Below are positions 53,577-62,593 of a stretch of DNA of 64,000 nt, one piece after another; position 1 is the first letter of the stretch; each line of letters begins with the position of its first letter. The notes beneath the pieces were generated by a model. The model was not told the DNA's origin. It made no database searches and was given only the letters and a program-made list of their open reading frames with translations. The DNA is from an uncultured Planctomycetaceae bacterium (lineage in GTDB: Bacteria; Planctomycetota; Planctomycetia; Planctomycetales; Planctomycetaceae). Where the stretch lies: contig CAWFGE010000015.1 of the NCBI GenBank assembly GCA_963815195.1, forward strand, positions 224,001 through 288,000, given 5' to 3'. The position numbers and the translations under genes are program-made.

Positions 53577-54296
53577 ATGCCGGTTGATGCGCGCCATCAA
53601 TGTCACCGAGGAAGGAAACCGATCATCGTGCGAGGATTGACACCATCAGCAAATTTACACGACGAGTCTAAAGCGGTTGCAACGCACGGAAAGCCGTTAC
53701 TGGTGTTTCTGGAAGGAACGCACGATATTGCTTGTCTCAAACAATTCAGCCGGATGGTGAATGCAACCGATCCCACATTCGCCGATTTGAGTGAATGGGA
53801 ACGAAATGGCCAGATCGTGTTTCTGCCGGTGGGTGGGAGCAACCTTAAAACTTGGACAAATCGGCTGCGGCATCTGGGCCATAAAGAATTTCATCTCTAC
53901 GACAGAGAAGACCGTTTCATTGCCGAAGACCGCGCCCGAATCGTGGCGGCCATCAATCGACGATCCGACTGCTTTGCGGTGTTAACCCAAAGGCGGGCCC
54001 TGGAAAATTACATCCATCCGAAGGTTGTCGCGCAGGCGTTGGGGATTGATGTCCAATTTGGCGATGGGGATGATGTCCCGGAAGTCGTCGCCAAAGAGTT
54101 ACTAAGGCAAGCCAACGGCCCGGCTTGGGAAGACTTATCCCCGCGAGGTCGAAAGCGACTGAAAGACCGAGGCAAGAAACGATTGAACAATGAGGCGGTT
54201 GGCCTCATGACCTACGAGCTACTCAGGGATTGGGATCCGCGAGGAGAAGTCATCGGCTGGATTGAGGCCATTAGACGCTTGGTCATTAACAAATAA
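53577..54296 (+). CDS. Stand-alone OLD-type TOPRIM domain protein
   Basis: VFLEGTHD, PVGGS, LYDRED, ALENY motifs; no ABC-ATPase domain; start uncertain. Confidence 0.7.
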   Translation: MPVDARHQCHRGRKPIIVRGLTPSANLHDESKAVATHGKPLLVFLEGTHDIACLKQFSRMVNATDPTFADLSEWERNGQIVFLPVGGSNLKTWTNRLRHLGHKEFHLYDREDRFIAEDRARIVAAINRRSDCFAVLTQRRALENYIHPKVVAQALGIDVQFGDGDDVPEVVAKELLRQANGPAWEDLSPRGRKRLKDRGKKRLNNEAVGLMTYELLRDWDPRGEVIGWIEAIRRLVINK

Positions 54297-54335
54297 TAAA
54301 TCCATTCATCGAGCACAGAGAGGAGAAGAGATTTT

Positions 54336-54704
54336 ATGTCGCACATCGTAACGATCTTGACCGAAGTCCGTGACCAAGCCGCCGTCGAAGCGGCTTGCCA
54401 TCGACTTAAATTACCCGTTCCAACCCACCGCATTGTTCAGCTCTTTAGCGGTTCGGCAACCGGGTTGGCGGTGGAACTTCCAGATTGGCGGTATCCGCTC
54501 GTCTGCGATTTGCCAAAAGGCGAACTGCATTACGACAATTTCAACGAACGCTGGGGCGAAAAACGACATCTGGACAGTTTTCTGCAAGCCTATGCGATCG
54601 AGCGGACTCGCATCGAATGCCATCGCCAAGGATATACCATCACCGAGCAGCCTCTCGAAGACGGTTCCGTCAAACTCAGTGTGAATGTTGGGGGGACGCT
54701 ATGA
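54336..54704 (+). CDS. DUF1257/Ycf35-like protein
   Basis: MSHIVTILTEVRD.AA..AAC; FLQAYA; GYTITEQPLEDGSVKL. Confidence 0.8.
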   Translation: MSHIVTILTEVRDQAAVEAACHRLKLPVPTHRIVQLFSGSATGLAVELPDWRYPLVCDLPKGELHYDNFNERWGEKRHLDSFLQAYAIERTRIECHRQGYTITEQPLEDGSVKLSVNVGGTL

Positions 54705-54892
54705 AAACAATTGAGATTATCGTCTCACCGGAGGGGCAAACGCGGCTCGAAACCAAAGGCTTTTCCGGGCAAGAATGTCAACAGGCAAGTCGGTTTCTCG
54801 AAAAAGCCTTGGGCCAAACGGCAAAGGAACAACTGAAACCCGAGTTTTATCAAATCGAACGCACGACGGAGCAACAAATCGAAAACGAATAG
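54701..54892 (+). CDS. DUF2997-like small protein
   Basis: MKTIEIIVSPEGQTRLETKGFSGQECQQASRFLEKALG..KPEFY; ATGA overlap with the preceding gene. Confidence 0.8.
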   Translation: MKTIEIIVSPEGQTRLETKGFSGQECQQASRFLEKALGQTAKEQLKPEFYQIERTTEQQIENE

Positions 54893-54914
54893 TTGTTGCT
54901 TCCGACACTTTACC

Positions 54915-54965
54915 AGCCCTTGGTTTTCCGTCTTCTGTAAGGAGGGAAAACCAAGGGCTTTTTTT
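54915..54965 (+). terminator. Terminator-like hairpin inside the gene cluster
   Basis: AGCCCTTGGTTTTCC...GGAAAACCAAGGGCT-TTTTTT. Confidence 0.65.
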
Positions 54966-54988
54966 CGTTTCTGAATCAGGAGTTTTCT

Positions 54989-56485
54989 ATGTCGCTTTCT
55001 GAAGAACTGCAGGAGCATATCGCAGCCTGTTTTACAGGGCTCTGGATTGAGACCGCCGAGCGCGAGGATGCGCTATTGGAGATTTCTCTCCTTTGCCGTC
55101 AACACGATTGGAACTTGGCCGTGTGGGATGTGGAGCAAGGGTTTCAATGTGCTGGCGAATCGCATTCGGAATCTCAAGCCGGCACAGCGGACCCCTTGGC
55201 CGCAATTCGCACGCTCAACGCTCTGGCAACACCGACGGGGTCCGCTCTGTTGGTTCTCCCCGATTTTCACCGGTTCTTGAATTCTGCCGAGATTGTGCAA
55301 GCCTTACGGCGGCAAATCGTTCAAGGCAAGCAGAACCGAACCTTTGTGATTATCCTCTCTCCGGTCGTTCAAATTCCTGTTGAGCTCGAAACATTGTTCT
55401 TGGTCCTGCACCACGAACGTCCCAACCGGGAGCAGTTAGCAGAGATCGCCCAAGGCATTGCAACCGAGGCGGGGGAACTGCCCGAAGGGGAAGCCCTCGA
55501 CCGGGTCTTGGATGCCGCAGCCGGATTGACCCGCTACGAAGCAGAAGGGGCGTTTTCCCTTTCTTTGGTTCGCGAAGGGGCTATCGGTCCCGAAGCGATT
55601 TGGCAGTTGAAATCCCAGACCTTTCAGAAGGCGGGATTGCTGCAGCTCTATCGCGGACGCGAAACCTTTTCGGACCTGGGCGGATTGGAAACTCTGAAGA
55701 ATTTTTGTTTGCGGGCCATGCGTCAGCAAGGCAACCCCGATCCGCTCAAGCGTCCCAAAGGCGTGATGCTGCTTTCGCCGCCCGGTTGTGGGAAAAGCAG
55801 TTTTGCGAAAAGCCTCGGCCATGAGACGGGGCGACCCACAATTATTCTGGACGTGGGCCGACTCTATGGGGGCATCGTGGGCGAAACCGAGAAGAATGTT
55901 CGGCAGGCGTTTCAAATGATTGATGCCATGCAACCCGCCGTGGTAATGCTGGACGAAGTCGAAAAAGCGTTGTCTGGTGTGGGCGGATCGGGCCGCAGCG
56001 ATTCCGGTGTTTCCTCGCGGTTGTTTGGAAATTTCTTAACGTGGCTTAACGATCACGAAAGCGACACCTTCGTGATCTGCACTTGCAACGACATCTCGTC
56101 TTTACCAGCCGAGTTCTCCAGGGCCGGTCGCTTTGACGGCCTATTCTTCATTGACCTCCCCAATGCGGAAGAACGCAACGCGATCTGGGCGATTTGCTTG
56201 CGGACGTTTTCCCTTGATCCCGCTCAGCCCAAGCCCAAGGACGATTTATTTACCGGCGCTGAGATTCACGCCTGTTGTCGCTTGGCCGCCTTGTTGGATG
56301 TGCCATTAGTTGAAGCCGCAACGAACGTCGTCCCCATTGCGAAGACCGCGGCTGAATCGATTGAAAAGCTCAGGCAATGGGCCAGCGGCCGCTGTCTCTC
56401 GGCTAGTCAGCCGGGACTTTATGAGTATCAAAGTGGGTCCCCAAAGAAGCGGCGGCAGATCCCGCGCGATCCGTCTGCGAATTGA
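54989..56485 (+). CDS. Ycf46-like AAA+ ATPase (degenerate N-terminal AAA plus active C-terminal AAA)
   Basis: DLGGLETLK, SPPGCGKS Walker A, MLDEVEK Walker B, TCND, RAGRFD. Confidence 0.9.
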   Translation: MSLSEELQEHIAACFTGLWIETAEREDALLEISLLCRQHDWNLAVWDVEQGFQCAGESHSESQAGTADPLAAIRTLNALATPTGSALLVLPDFHRFLNSAEIVQALRRQIVQGKQNRTFVIILSPVVQIPVELETLFLVLHHERPNREQLAEIAQGIATEAGELPEGEALDRVLDAAAGLTRYEAEGAFSLSLVREGAIGPEAIWQLKSQTFQKAGLLQLYRGRETFSDLGGLETLKNFCLRAMRQQGNPDPLKRPKGVMLLSPPGCGKSSFAKSLGHETGRPTIILDVGRLYGGIVGETEKNVRQAFQMIDAMQPAVVMLDEVEKALSGVGGSGRSDSGVSSRLFGNFLTWLNDHESDTFVICTCNDISSLPAEFSRAGRFDGLFFIDLPNAEERNAIWAICLRTFSLDPAQPKPKDDLFTGAEIHACCRLAALLDVPLVEAATNVVPIAKTAAESIEKLRQWASGRCLSASQPGLYEYQSGSPKKRRQIPRDPSAN

Positions 56486-56517
56486 GCAGTTCACATTGCC
56501 CTTCACTCTTTCCTGAA

Positions 56518-57873
56518 CTGGACTTTTGCAAAATCAGGTTAATCCCAATTTGGCGATGATATGGTCATAGCTTTGCGATTTCTCTGTGGCTTGTTGGATG
56601 GCCCAGGCCAGTGTGGTCCGCAGGGTCTCTCCAAGCATGGCGCGGCAGGCTTCGCCGATGGTCGTCAGCCGAGAGAGTGCCCAATCTTTCGCATGGTTCT
56701 GCTGGAGTTGGCTCACGAGCAAACTGTACGCCAGCATGACCAAATACATGTGCCTGGTCTGGCCCTGGCCATTGCGCAGCTGACAGTCTCCCATGCCCAG
56801 CTCTTGCTTGCCATCCCGATGATAGGTCTCCGTGCCTGTCCAGCGATGTCGATAGACTTTGAGGATCCGCGTCACTTCCCAGCGCACCCGATTGGTCACC
56901 AGAATCTTTTTTGGCGTTTTGTCCCGTCGCTTGTCCCAGAGGATCACGATCCGCACTTTATGATTCACTTCCGGAATGCGAATCGTGCAGGTGAAATACC
57001 ATTGCCGTCTTGTCGCCGCGGCGAAGTTCCTTGCGGCTTTCTGGCTCGATCGTGGCCGCGAACTCCTCGGCCTTATATTGCCAGCCTTTGACCTCGATCT
57101 TGCGGTTGAATTTCAAGTCGCCCACGTAGCCCCGCGGCCGGTCGAACTTGTCCTTCTTCGATGGATGTGGTTCAGGTTCTCCGCGTTGGTGAAGTAACTG
57201 TCGAAGGTGAAATCGCCGGGGATGTTCCGCGCAGACCCAGTCGATCAACTCGCAGAACAACACCGTGTGGTTCTTGAACGTCTCGCCGGTGGCCTCGCAC
57301 TGGACGCGTTTTTTGAAGCGGCGAAACTCCAGCGGATAATGTTTGCCGCTCGGCGCAGACGTAGTTGACGAACAGATAATCGTGGGCGATCTTGTGGCGG
57401 CTCTCGGCGTGATCCCAGAACCAGCCCACATCCTTGATGAACTGGCCGTCGTGGTCGATCAGCACATCGTCGATGGCGATCACGCCCTGGTCGCTGTACT
57501 GGGTCGTCGCATCCTGTTGCAACAGTTCCAGCCGCCGTTCGTTGAGCGCCTTCTCATCCCAGTCGACTTCGGTGAGGAACCGGTTCAGACAGGATTGGTC
57601 CGTGGTTTCGGCAAACTCGCCGTTGATGCCGGTGATGGTTTTGTTGTGGGCCACCATCAATCCGGTGAGATACTCCGCAAAGTGCCGCCGTTGCGGTTCG
57701 CAGGAAAACAAGTCACCAAATTCTTCGACCGCGTCCAAAACGACTTGGGGGAACTCGACGATTCCTGGCATGCTCGCTACCTCCCTGGTCCGTGTGCGCC
57801 ATCCGAATTGACGTCAATTAGACACAAAATCGCCTATTTTTCCAGGGCGATCTAAAAGATTGCAAAAGTTTAG
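56518..57873 (-). mobile_element. IS701-like insertion sequence (1356 bp)
   Basis: Imperfect TIRs CTGGACTTTTGCAA / TTGCAAAAGTTTAG; 5-bp TSD CTGAA. Confidence 0.85.
56534..57771 (-). pseudogene. IS701-like DDE transposase in several frameshifted pieces
   Basis: YLTGL, IAIDD, YRHRWTGTETYHRDGKQELGMGDCQLR. Confidence 0.8.
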
Positions 57874-57912
57874 CTGAACACTATTTGATCCCTTTCAGAA
57901 AGGAACGATTTA

Positions 57913-58881
57913 ATGACGACAGCACTTGATGATCAGCAAATGGAACTCTCGGCCGAAGCGGCTCAACGTTTGCGGTCCAGCACCGCCGCGGTGCGTTTGA
58001 GTATCAAATGGCTGGGGACGCGGAAGACACTCACCCCCGGTCAACGAGCCGAGGCCGCGGAATCGTTTGGCGCGGAAGGTCAGTTTCTCTCCGCCGGGAA
58101 AAAACTCTTGGACGTGCGGCATTCCGCATTTCGGGCGGTGACGGCGATTCGCACCAAAGCCGTGGCCCATTGGAAGGCGGAGACTTTGCCCTTTCCGGAG
58201 CCGGGCTTGCGACTGATCCGCCAGAACCGCATTGCCGATTTCGATGCCCGCATGCGGGATTGGAGTGCGGAACTCGATGAGGCGGTCGAAAATCTCGACC
58301 AACACTACACCGAACTGAAGCAGGCGGCTGCTCAGCGATTGGGGCGGCTGTATAATCCCGCCGACTATCCCGAAAGCCTGACTGGAGCCTTTGAAATCAG
58401 TTGGGACTTCCCGAGCGTCGAGCCGCCGGACTATCTGCGGCGATTGCATCCCGAACTTTATGAACAAGAATGCCGCCGCGTGGCCAATCGGTTTGATGAG
58501 GCCTTGCAATTGGCCGAGCAGGCTTTCTTGGAGGAGTTGCACAAGTTGATCACTCATCTCACCGAACGTCTCTCGGGGGATGAGGACGGACAGCCGAAAG
58601 TTTTTCGCAATTCGGCCATCGAAAACCTGACGGAGTTCTTCACCCGCTTCGGTCAGCTCAATGTGCGTTCCAATGCCGAGTTGGATCGTCTTGTCGATCA
58701 AGCCCGGGAGATTGTGACGGGCGTCCAGCCGCAAAGTTTGCGTGACAACCACGTGCTCCGGCAAAGCGTGGCCCAGGAACTTGGCGAAGTGCAGACGGTT
58801 CTGGATGATTTGTTGGTGGACCGTCCCCGGCGGAATATCTTGCGCTCGCCCAAGAGCCAGCAGCCAACGGAGTCGGAATAA
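57913..58881 (+). CDS. DUF3150-like helical protein
   Basis: AVRLSIKWLGTRK, SAGKKLLD, LPFPEPGLRLI, LGRLYNPADYP; GAAAGGA RBS. Confidence 0.7.
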   Translation: MTTALDDQQMELSAEAAQRLRSSTAAVRLSIKWLGTRKTLTPGQRAEAAESFGAEGQFLSAGKKLLDVRHSAFRAVTAIRTKAVAHWKAETLPFPEPGLRLIRQNRIADFDARMRDWSAELDEAVENLDQHYTELKQAAAQRLGRLYNPADYPESLTGAFEISWDFPSVEPPDYLRRLHPELYEQECRRVANRFDEALQLAEQAFLEELHKLITHLTERLSGDEDGQPKVFRNSAIENLTEFFTRFGQLNVRSNAELDRLVDQAREIVTGVQPQSLRDNHVLRQSVAQELGEVQTVLDDLLVDRPRRNILRSPKSQQPTESE

Positions 58882-59157
58882 TGGATCTCCGCATCGAACC
58901 CGGCGGTTGCATTCGCACGATTTACAGCGAAGAGATCCCCTTACGAGCACTGGGCCGGTTGACCATCCGTCGCGGCAGCCACGTGGAACCTGATCAAAAC
59001 GGCTATTGGTTTGCTGATCTTGCTCCAGTGGACGGTCCACGATTGGGGCCGTTTACTCTTGCGAAGCGATGCTCTGGCTGCCGAACAACATTGGCTCGAA
59101 ACGCATTGGCTCACTCGACCATCAAACGAAGAAGGGTTTCCCAAAGCCGAATCATAG
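58881..59157 (+). CDS. Small hypothetical protein, frameshift near 59058
   Basis: IYSEEIPL..IRRGSHVEPD..WFADL..GP.LGPF, then RSDALAAEQHWLE in another frame. Confidence 0.6.
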
Positions 59158-59281
59158 TTGCCTTTCAATTAGGCGAAACTAAAAACGCAAGCACGATACA
59201 GCCTCGCGCTGTGCGAGGTGGTTATGTTTTTTCACATGACCGCCTCGCAAGGGGCGGTCACTATTCCAAGGAGACTGTCCT

Positions 59282-59563
59282 ATGCGTCTGCGGAAATGCG
59301 AGCGAAAGCCCTCGCAGGATTTGGTTCTTGCCGTGGCCTTGGCCACGGGGGAATCCATCCACTTGATTCACCAACGCGGCTTTCAACTTGTTGTCGAACC
59401 ACCCGAGCAACTGGAACAGCGACTGGGTCTCTCGTGCCCCGGTTGTGGTCAGGAAAACCTGCTCAGTGAGCGGGGACTTGAAGAACTGCCCGAGTGGGCC
59501 GAGTGTCCGCGTTGCGAAGCCGCTTATCCCTACCGCCACGAAGAAATCTACACCCTCGATTAA
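59282..59563 (+). CDS. Small Zn-ribbon protein
   Basis: AGGAG RBS; CPGC and CPRC pairs. Confidence 0.65.
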   Translation: MRLRKCERKPSQDLVLAVALATGESIHLIHQRGFQLVVEPPEQLEQRLGLSCPGCGQENLLSERGLEELPEWAECPRCEAAYPYRHEEIYTLD

Positions 59564-59661
59564 CACATCCGAAGAACACCACTGCACCAACCATCGAATG
59601 CGTCCGCTTCCCAAGTGGGGAGCAATCCCTTTTCTTTCTCACGCTTGAGGAAATTTAAGCC

Positions 59662-59898
59662 ATGACACAGTCCCTGAACGTTCTCTACATCAACAATGAT
59701 GGAGCCGGATTCGCCGACTATTTGAATGTCGCTCCCGGCACGACCGTCCAAGCCTTTTTCGCCGAGCGAATTCCCGGTGGTCGGGCTCAGGATTATTTGA
59801 TCCGCGTGAACCGCTTGCCCGTCGCCTCCGACTACGTCCTTCAAGATGGTGATCGCGTGACGATCACTCCCACGAAGATTGAGGGAGCCATTTCGTAG
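59662..59898 (+). CDS. Ubiquitin-like (ThiS/MoaD beta-grasp) protein
   Basis: 78 aa; GTTV..F, YLIRVN, VLQDGDRVTITP, ends KIEG-AIS; GAGG RBS. Confidence 0.8.
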   Translation: MTQSLNVLYINNDGAGFADYLNVAPGTTVQAFFAERIPGGRAQDYLIRVNRLPVASDYVLQDGDRVTITPTKIEGAIS

Positions 59899-59984
59899 CG
59901 TTCTCGTCCCATTTGAAGTTGCAACGAGGCGAGGTCGCCGGGAAATGAACCGGTGGCCTCGCTTCTTTATCCCGAAAGGAAAAC

Positions 59985-61001
59985 ATGTTGGATTCAAAAC
60001 AACGCTCGGCCCTAAAAATGGCAGAGCGAATTCATGAGCAACTGTCACAAGGCCATTCTGCGCAGACCCAGAAATTGCAGTTGCCCGAAGACAACTGGGA
60101 CGAATGCCAACGGTTGTTTCGGCGAATGGAAATCGCACGATCGCGCGGTTGGAATCTCGCCGTCCGCAAACTTTTGCCACAACTCCCCTTGGCCCTGCGA
60201 GCACTTCAACTGCGGTTGGAGCAACTCACGCCCACAATCCAACTCAAGGCGGTTCCATCGCTGCGGGCCATTTACGAAGAAGTCCTGGCTTTGGAAGCCG
60301 AGTTTCCTCGCGTCACCTGCGACCTACGAAAAGGCACGTTGGCGGTCGAAACGGAATCGCTTGTTTTGGAAGGTGTCGCACTTGGCAGCTTTGAGATTCG
60401 GCTGGAGGTGAAGAATCGGCCGAATGGTTTCACGTATGAAGTCCTCGCACTGGAGCCTTATCCTTCGGCCTCGAATTCATCCGTGACGCACCCGCATGTG
60501 CAGGATGGGCAACTCTGCGAGGGTGAGGGGCGAGCGGCGATTCGCAGCGCCTTGGATTCGGGTCGATTGTGCGATTTCTTCGTCATCGTGTCGCAAATCC
60601 TTCGCACCTATAACCCGTCCAGCGCCTATGTCGAATTGGACAACTGGAGCGGCGAACCCTGCGAGGATTGCGGAGGGATTACCGATGATGAGGACCGTTG
60701 GAATTGCGAAGGGTGTGAGCGTCTCCTCTGTAGCGAATGCTACGTGAGTTGCTCGGATTGTGGGGATGCCCATTGCAGCGATTGCACCAATTCCTGCGAA
60801 GGTTGCGATGAGTCGCTTTGTCGAAAATGTCAGCATTCGTGTGAGTCGTGTGGAAACATCGTTTGTCATTCCTGTCTGGAAGAGGATGACGTCTGCAAAT
60901 CCTGCCACGCCGCTTCGGCGGTAGAAAGTACAAGTCATGCCCATGAGACAACCCAAGAACCTCCGCTCGAAACGGTCCCCGCAGAAATTCCCTCGCCTTG
61001 A
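59985..61001 (+). CDS. E2/UBC-like protein with C-terminal Cys-rich region (ten CxxC)
   Basis: [10 protein letters not shown] parallels the E2 HPN...G.IC active-site motif; downstream L.TYN..SAY. Confidence 0.72.
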   Translation: MLDSKQRSALKMAERIHEQLSQGHSAQTQKLQLPEDNWDECQRLFRRMEIARSRGWNLAVRKLLPQLPLALRALQLRLEQLTPTIQLKAVPSLRAIYEEVLALEAEFPRVTCDLRKGTLAVETESLVLEGVALGSFEIRLEVKNRPNGFTYEVLALEPYPSASNSSVTHPHVQDGQLCEGEGRAAIRSALDSGRLCDFFVIVSQILRTYNPSSAYVELDNWSGEPCEDCGGITDDEDRWNCEGCERLLCSECYVSCSDCGDAHCSDCTNSCEGCDESLCRKCQHSCESCGNIVCHSCLEEDDVCKSCHAASAVESTSHAHETTQEPPLETVPAEIPSP

Positions 61002-61670
61002 GCGAGCCCCGACGCTTCGCTTTTCTCCTTATGCTTGGGCGAAACTTCTTTTCCTTCGCGATCAGGGTGAAACCGAAATCGGGGGATTCGGAATCACGGC
61101 GGAATATGATCCGCTTTTAGTGGAAGACATCGTGCTTGTTCTGCAAACCTGCACGGCGGTCAGCGTTCGCTTTGACGATGCCGCCGTCGCGGATTTTTAT
61201 GATGATCAAGTGGATCGCGGCTTTGCGCCCGACCGATTTTCCCGAGTTTGGGTTCATACGCACCCCGGAAATTCCGCCCAGCCCAGCGGAACAGATGAGG
61301 AGACGTTCGAGCGAGTATTTGGCCGTTGCGACTGGTCGGTCATGTTCATCCTGGCCTGCGGCGGAGATTCTTATGCTCGCCTGCGTCTCGGCGATTGGTC
61401 CCACAGCGGAGATGGTTATTCCAATCGAAGTGGACTACGACGCCTCGTTTCCCGCTTCCGACATCGCCGCCTGGGAACAGGAATACGAGAACTGTGTGCG
61501 GTCCATCGAAGGTTGGAGAGAAACGAACTTCAACGAAGGCAAAACGAGAACAAAGGGCCGCCGTCCCACCAGCCTTGCCAAACCCGTGGTGGGACGATGC
61601 GAGCTTTGATCTCATGGCTTCCGATCTGTCTTATTCTGAGGAGGATTTTCACGATTATGAATCGTTTTGA
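60943..61670 (+). CDS. JAB/MPN+ (JAMM) metalloprotease, frameshifts near 61390 and probably 61540
   Basis: ETEIGGFG...[16 protein letters not shown] = E-xn-HxH-x7-S-x2-D. Confidence 0.85.
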
Positions 61671-62306
61671 ACGGCAAAGCGAACTCGTTCCCCAAGTTCG
61701 CCTCCAAGAAACCTCCGCAACCGTAATTGGAGTCGGCGCGGTCGGGCGGCAAGTGGCATTGGGACTCGCGGCCATGGGTGTCAGGCGGTTGCAATTGATG
61801 GACTTCGATGACGTGGAACCCACGAATGTCACCACCCAAGGCTATTTTAGCCAGACCGATTTGGGGCAACCGAAAGTCCTCGCCACGCGGCAGGCTATCC
61901 AGTTGATTGATCCCGATATTGTTGTCACGCCAATCCAGGATCGCTTTCGCGCGAAGTTCGATACGGGGGAAGCGATCTTTTGCTGTGTGGACAGCATCAC
62001 GGCCCGCGCTGCGATCTGGCGGAGTTTGAAAGACCGCTGCCGCTTTTGGGCCGATGGGCGAATGCTCGGTGAAGTCTTGCGGGTATTGACCACCACCAGC
62101 GACCCTCGATCGGCAACATTATGAAACGACACTATTTTCCCAGAGCGGAAGCACAAACCGGACGTTGCACTTCTCGCAGCACGATTTACACCGCGGGCAT
62201 TTGTGCCGGTTTGATGCTGCATCAATTCTCACGCTGGCTCCGTGACTTGCCGACCGACTGCGATATCTCGTTCAACCTATTGGCTGGCGAATTCGTTTTG
62301 AATTGA
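61657..62306 (+). CDS. ThiF/E1-like adenylyltransferase, frameshifts near 62110-62140
   Basis: [39 protein letters not shown]; candidate catalytic Cys in GRCT; GAGGAGG RBS. Confidence 0.88.
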
Positions 62307-62350
62307 ACCCGAAACACCCAGACCCAAATCAAATTGAGGAGGTACTTCCT

Positions 62351-62524
62351 ATGGGGGCTCGTCAAAAACTTAATAACGTCTATGTCACAATCGCGTTGAT
62401 CGTCGCCGCCTTGGCGGGATTGTTGACGCAATCCACGTTTGTGTTCTGCATCGCCTTGGCGTTGCTCATCATCACCAACATTGACTCGGGAGCCATCCGC
62501 CCCAACAAACGCCGGCGTCGTTAA
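62351..62524 (+). CDS. Small two-TM membrane protein
   Basis: GAGGAGG RBS; MGARQKLN plus two hydrophobic helices and a basic tail. Confidence 0.7.
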   Translation: MGARQKLNNVYVTIALIVAALAGLLTQSTFVFCIALALLIITNIDSGAIRPNKRRRR

Positions 62525-62562
62525 TTTGGGGGATTTTCCCTTTTTGATTCTAAATGCATGCG

Positions 62563-62593
62563 ACCTGCCCGCCCTTCGGGGCGGGCAGGTTTT
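62563..62593 (+). terminator. Intrinsic terminator closing the Ubl operon
   Basis: ACCTGCCCGCCC-TTCG-GGGCGGGCAGGT-TTT (12-bp stem, UUCG loop). Confidence 0.85.

Noticed and set aside
60937..62124. Natural JAB-E1 fusion protein (395-aa ORF)
   Set aside because: The linker is better explained as out-of-frame JAB tail (alternative frames read [19 protein letters not shown]), and E1 has its own GAGGAGG RBS and ATG at 61657.
59662..62306. Ordinary ThiS/ThiF or MoaD/MoeB sulfur-relay genes
   Set aside because: No thiG, moaE or cysteine-synthase genes nearby, and an E2-like gene sits inside the operon. Not formally excluded without biochemistry.
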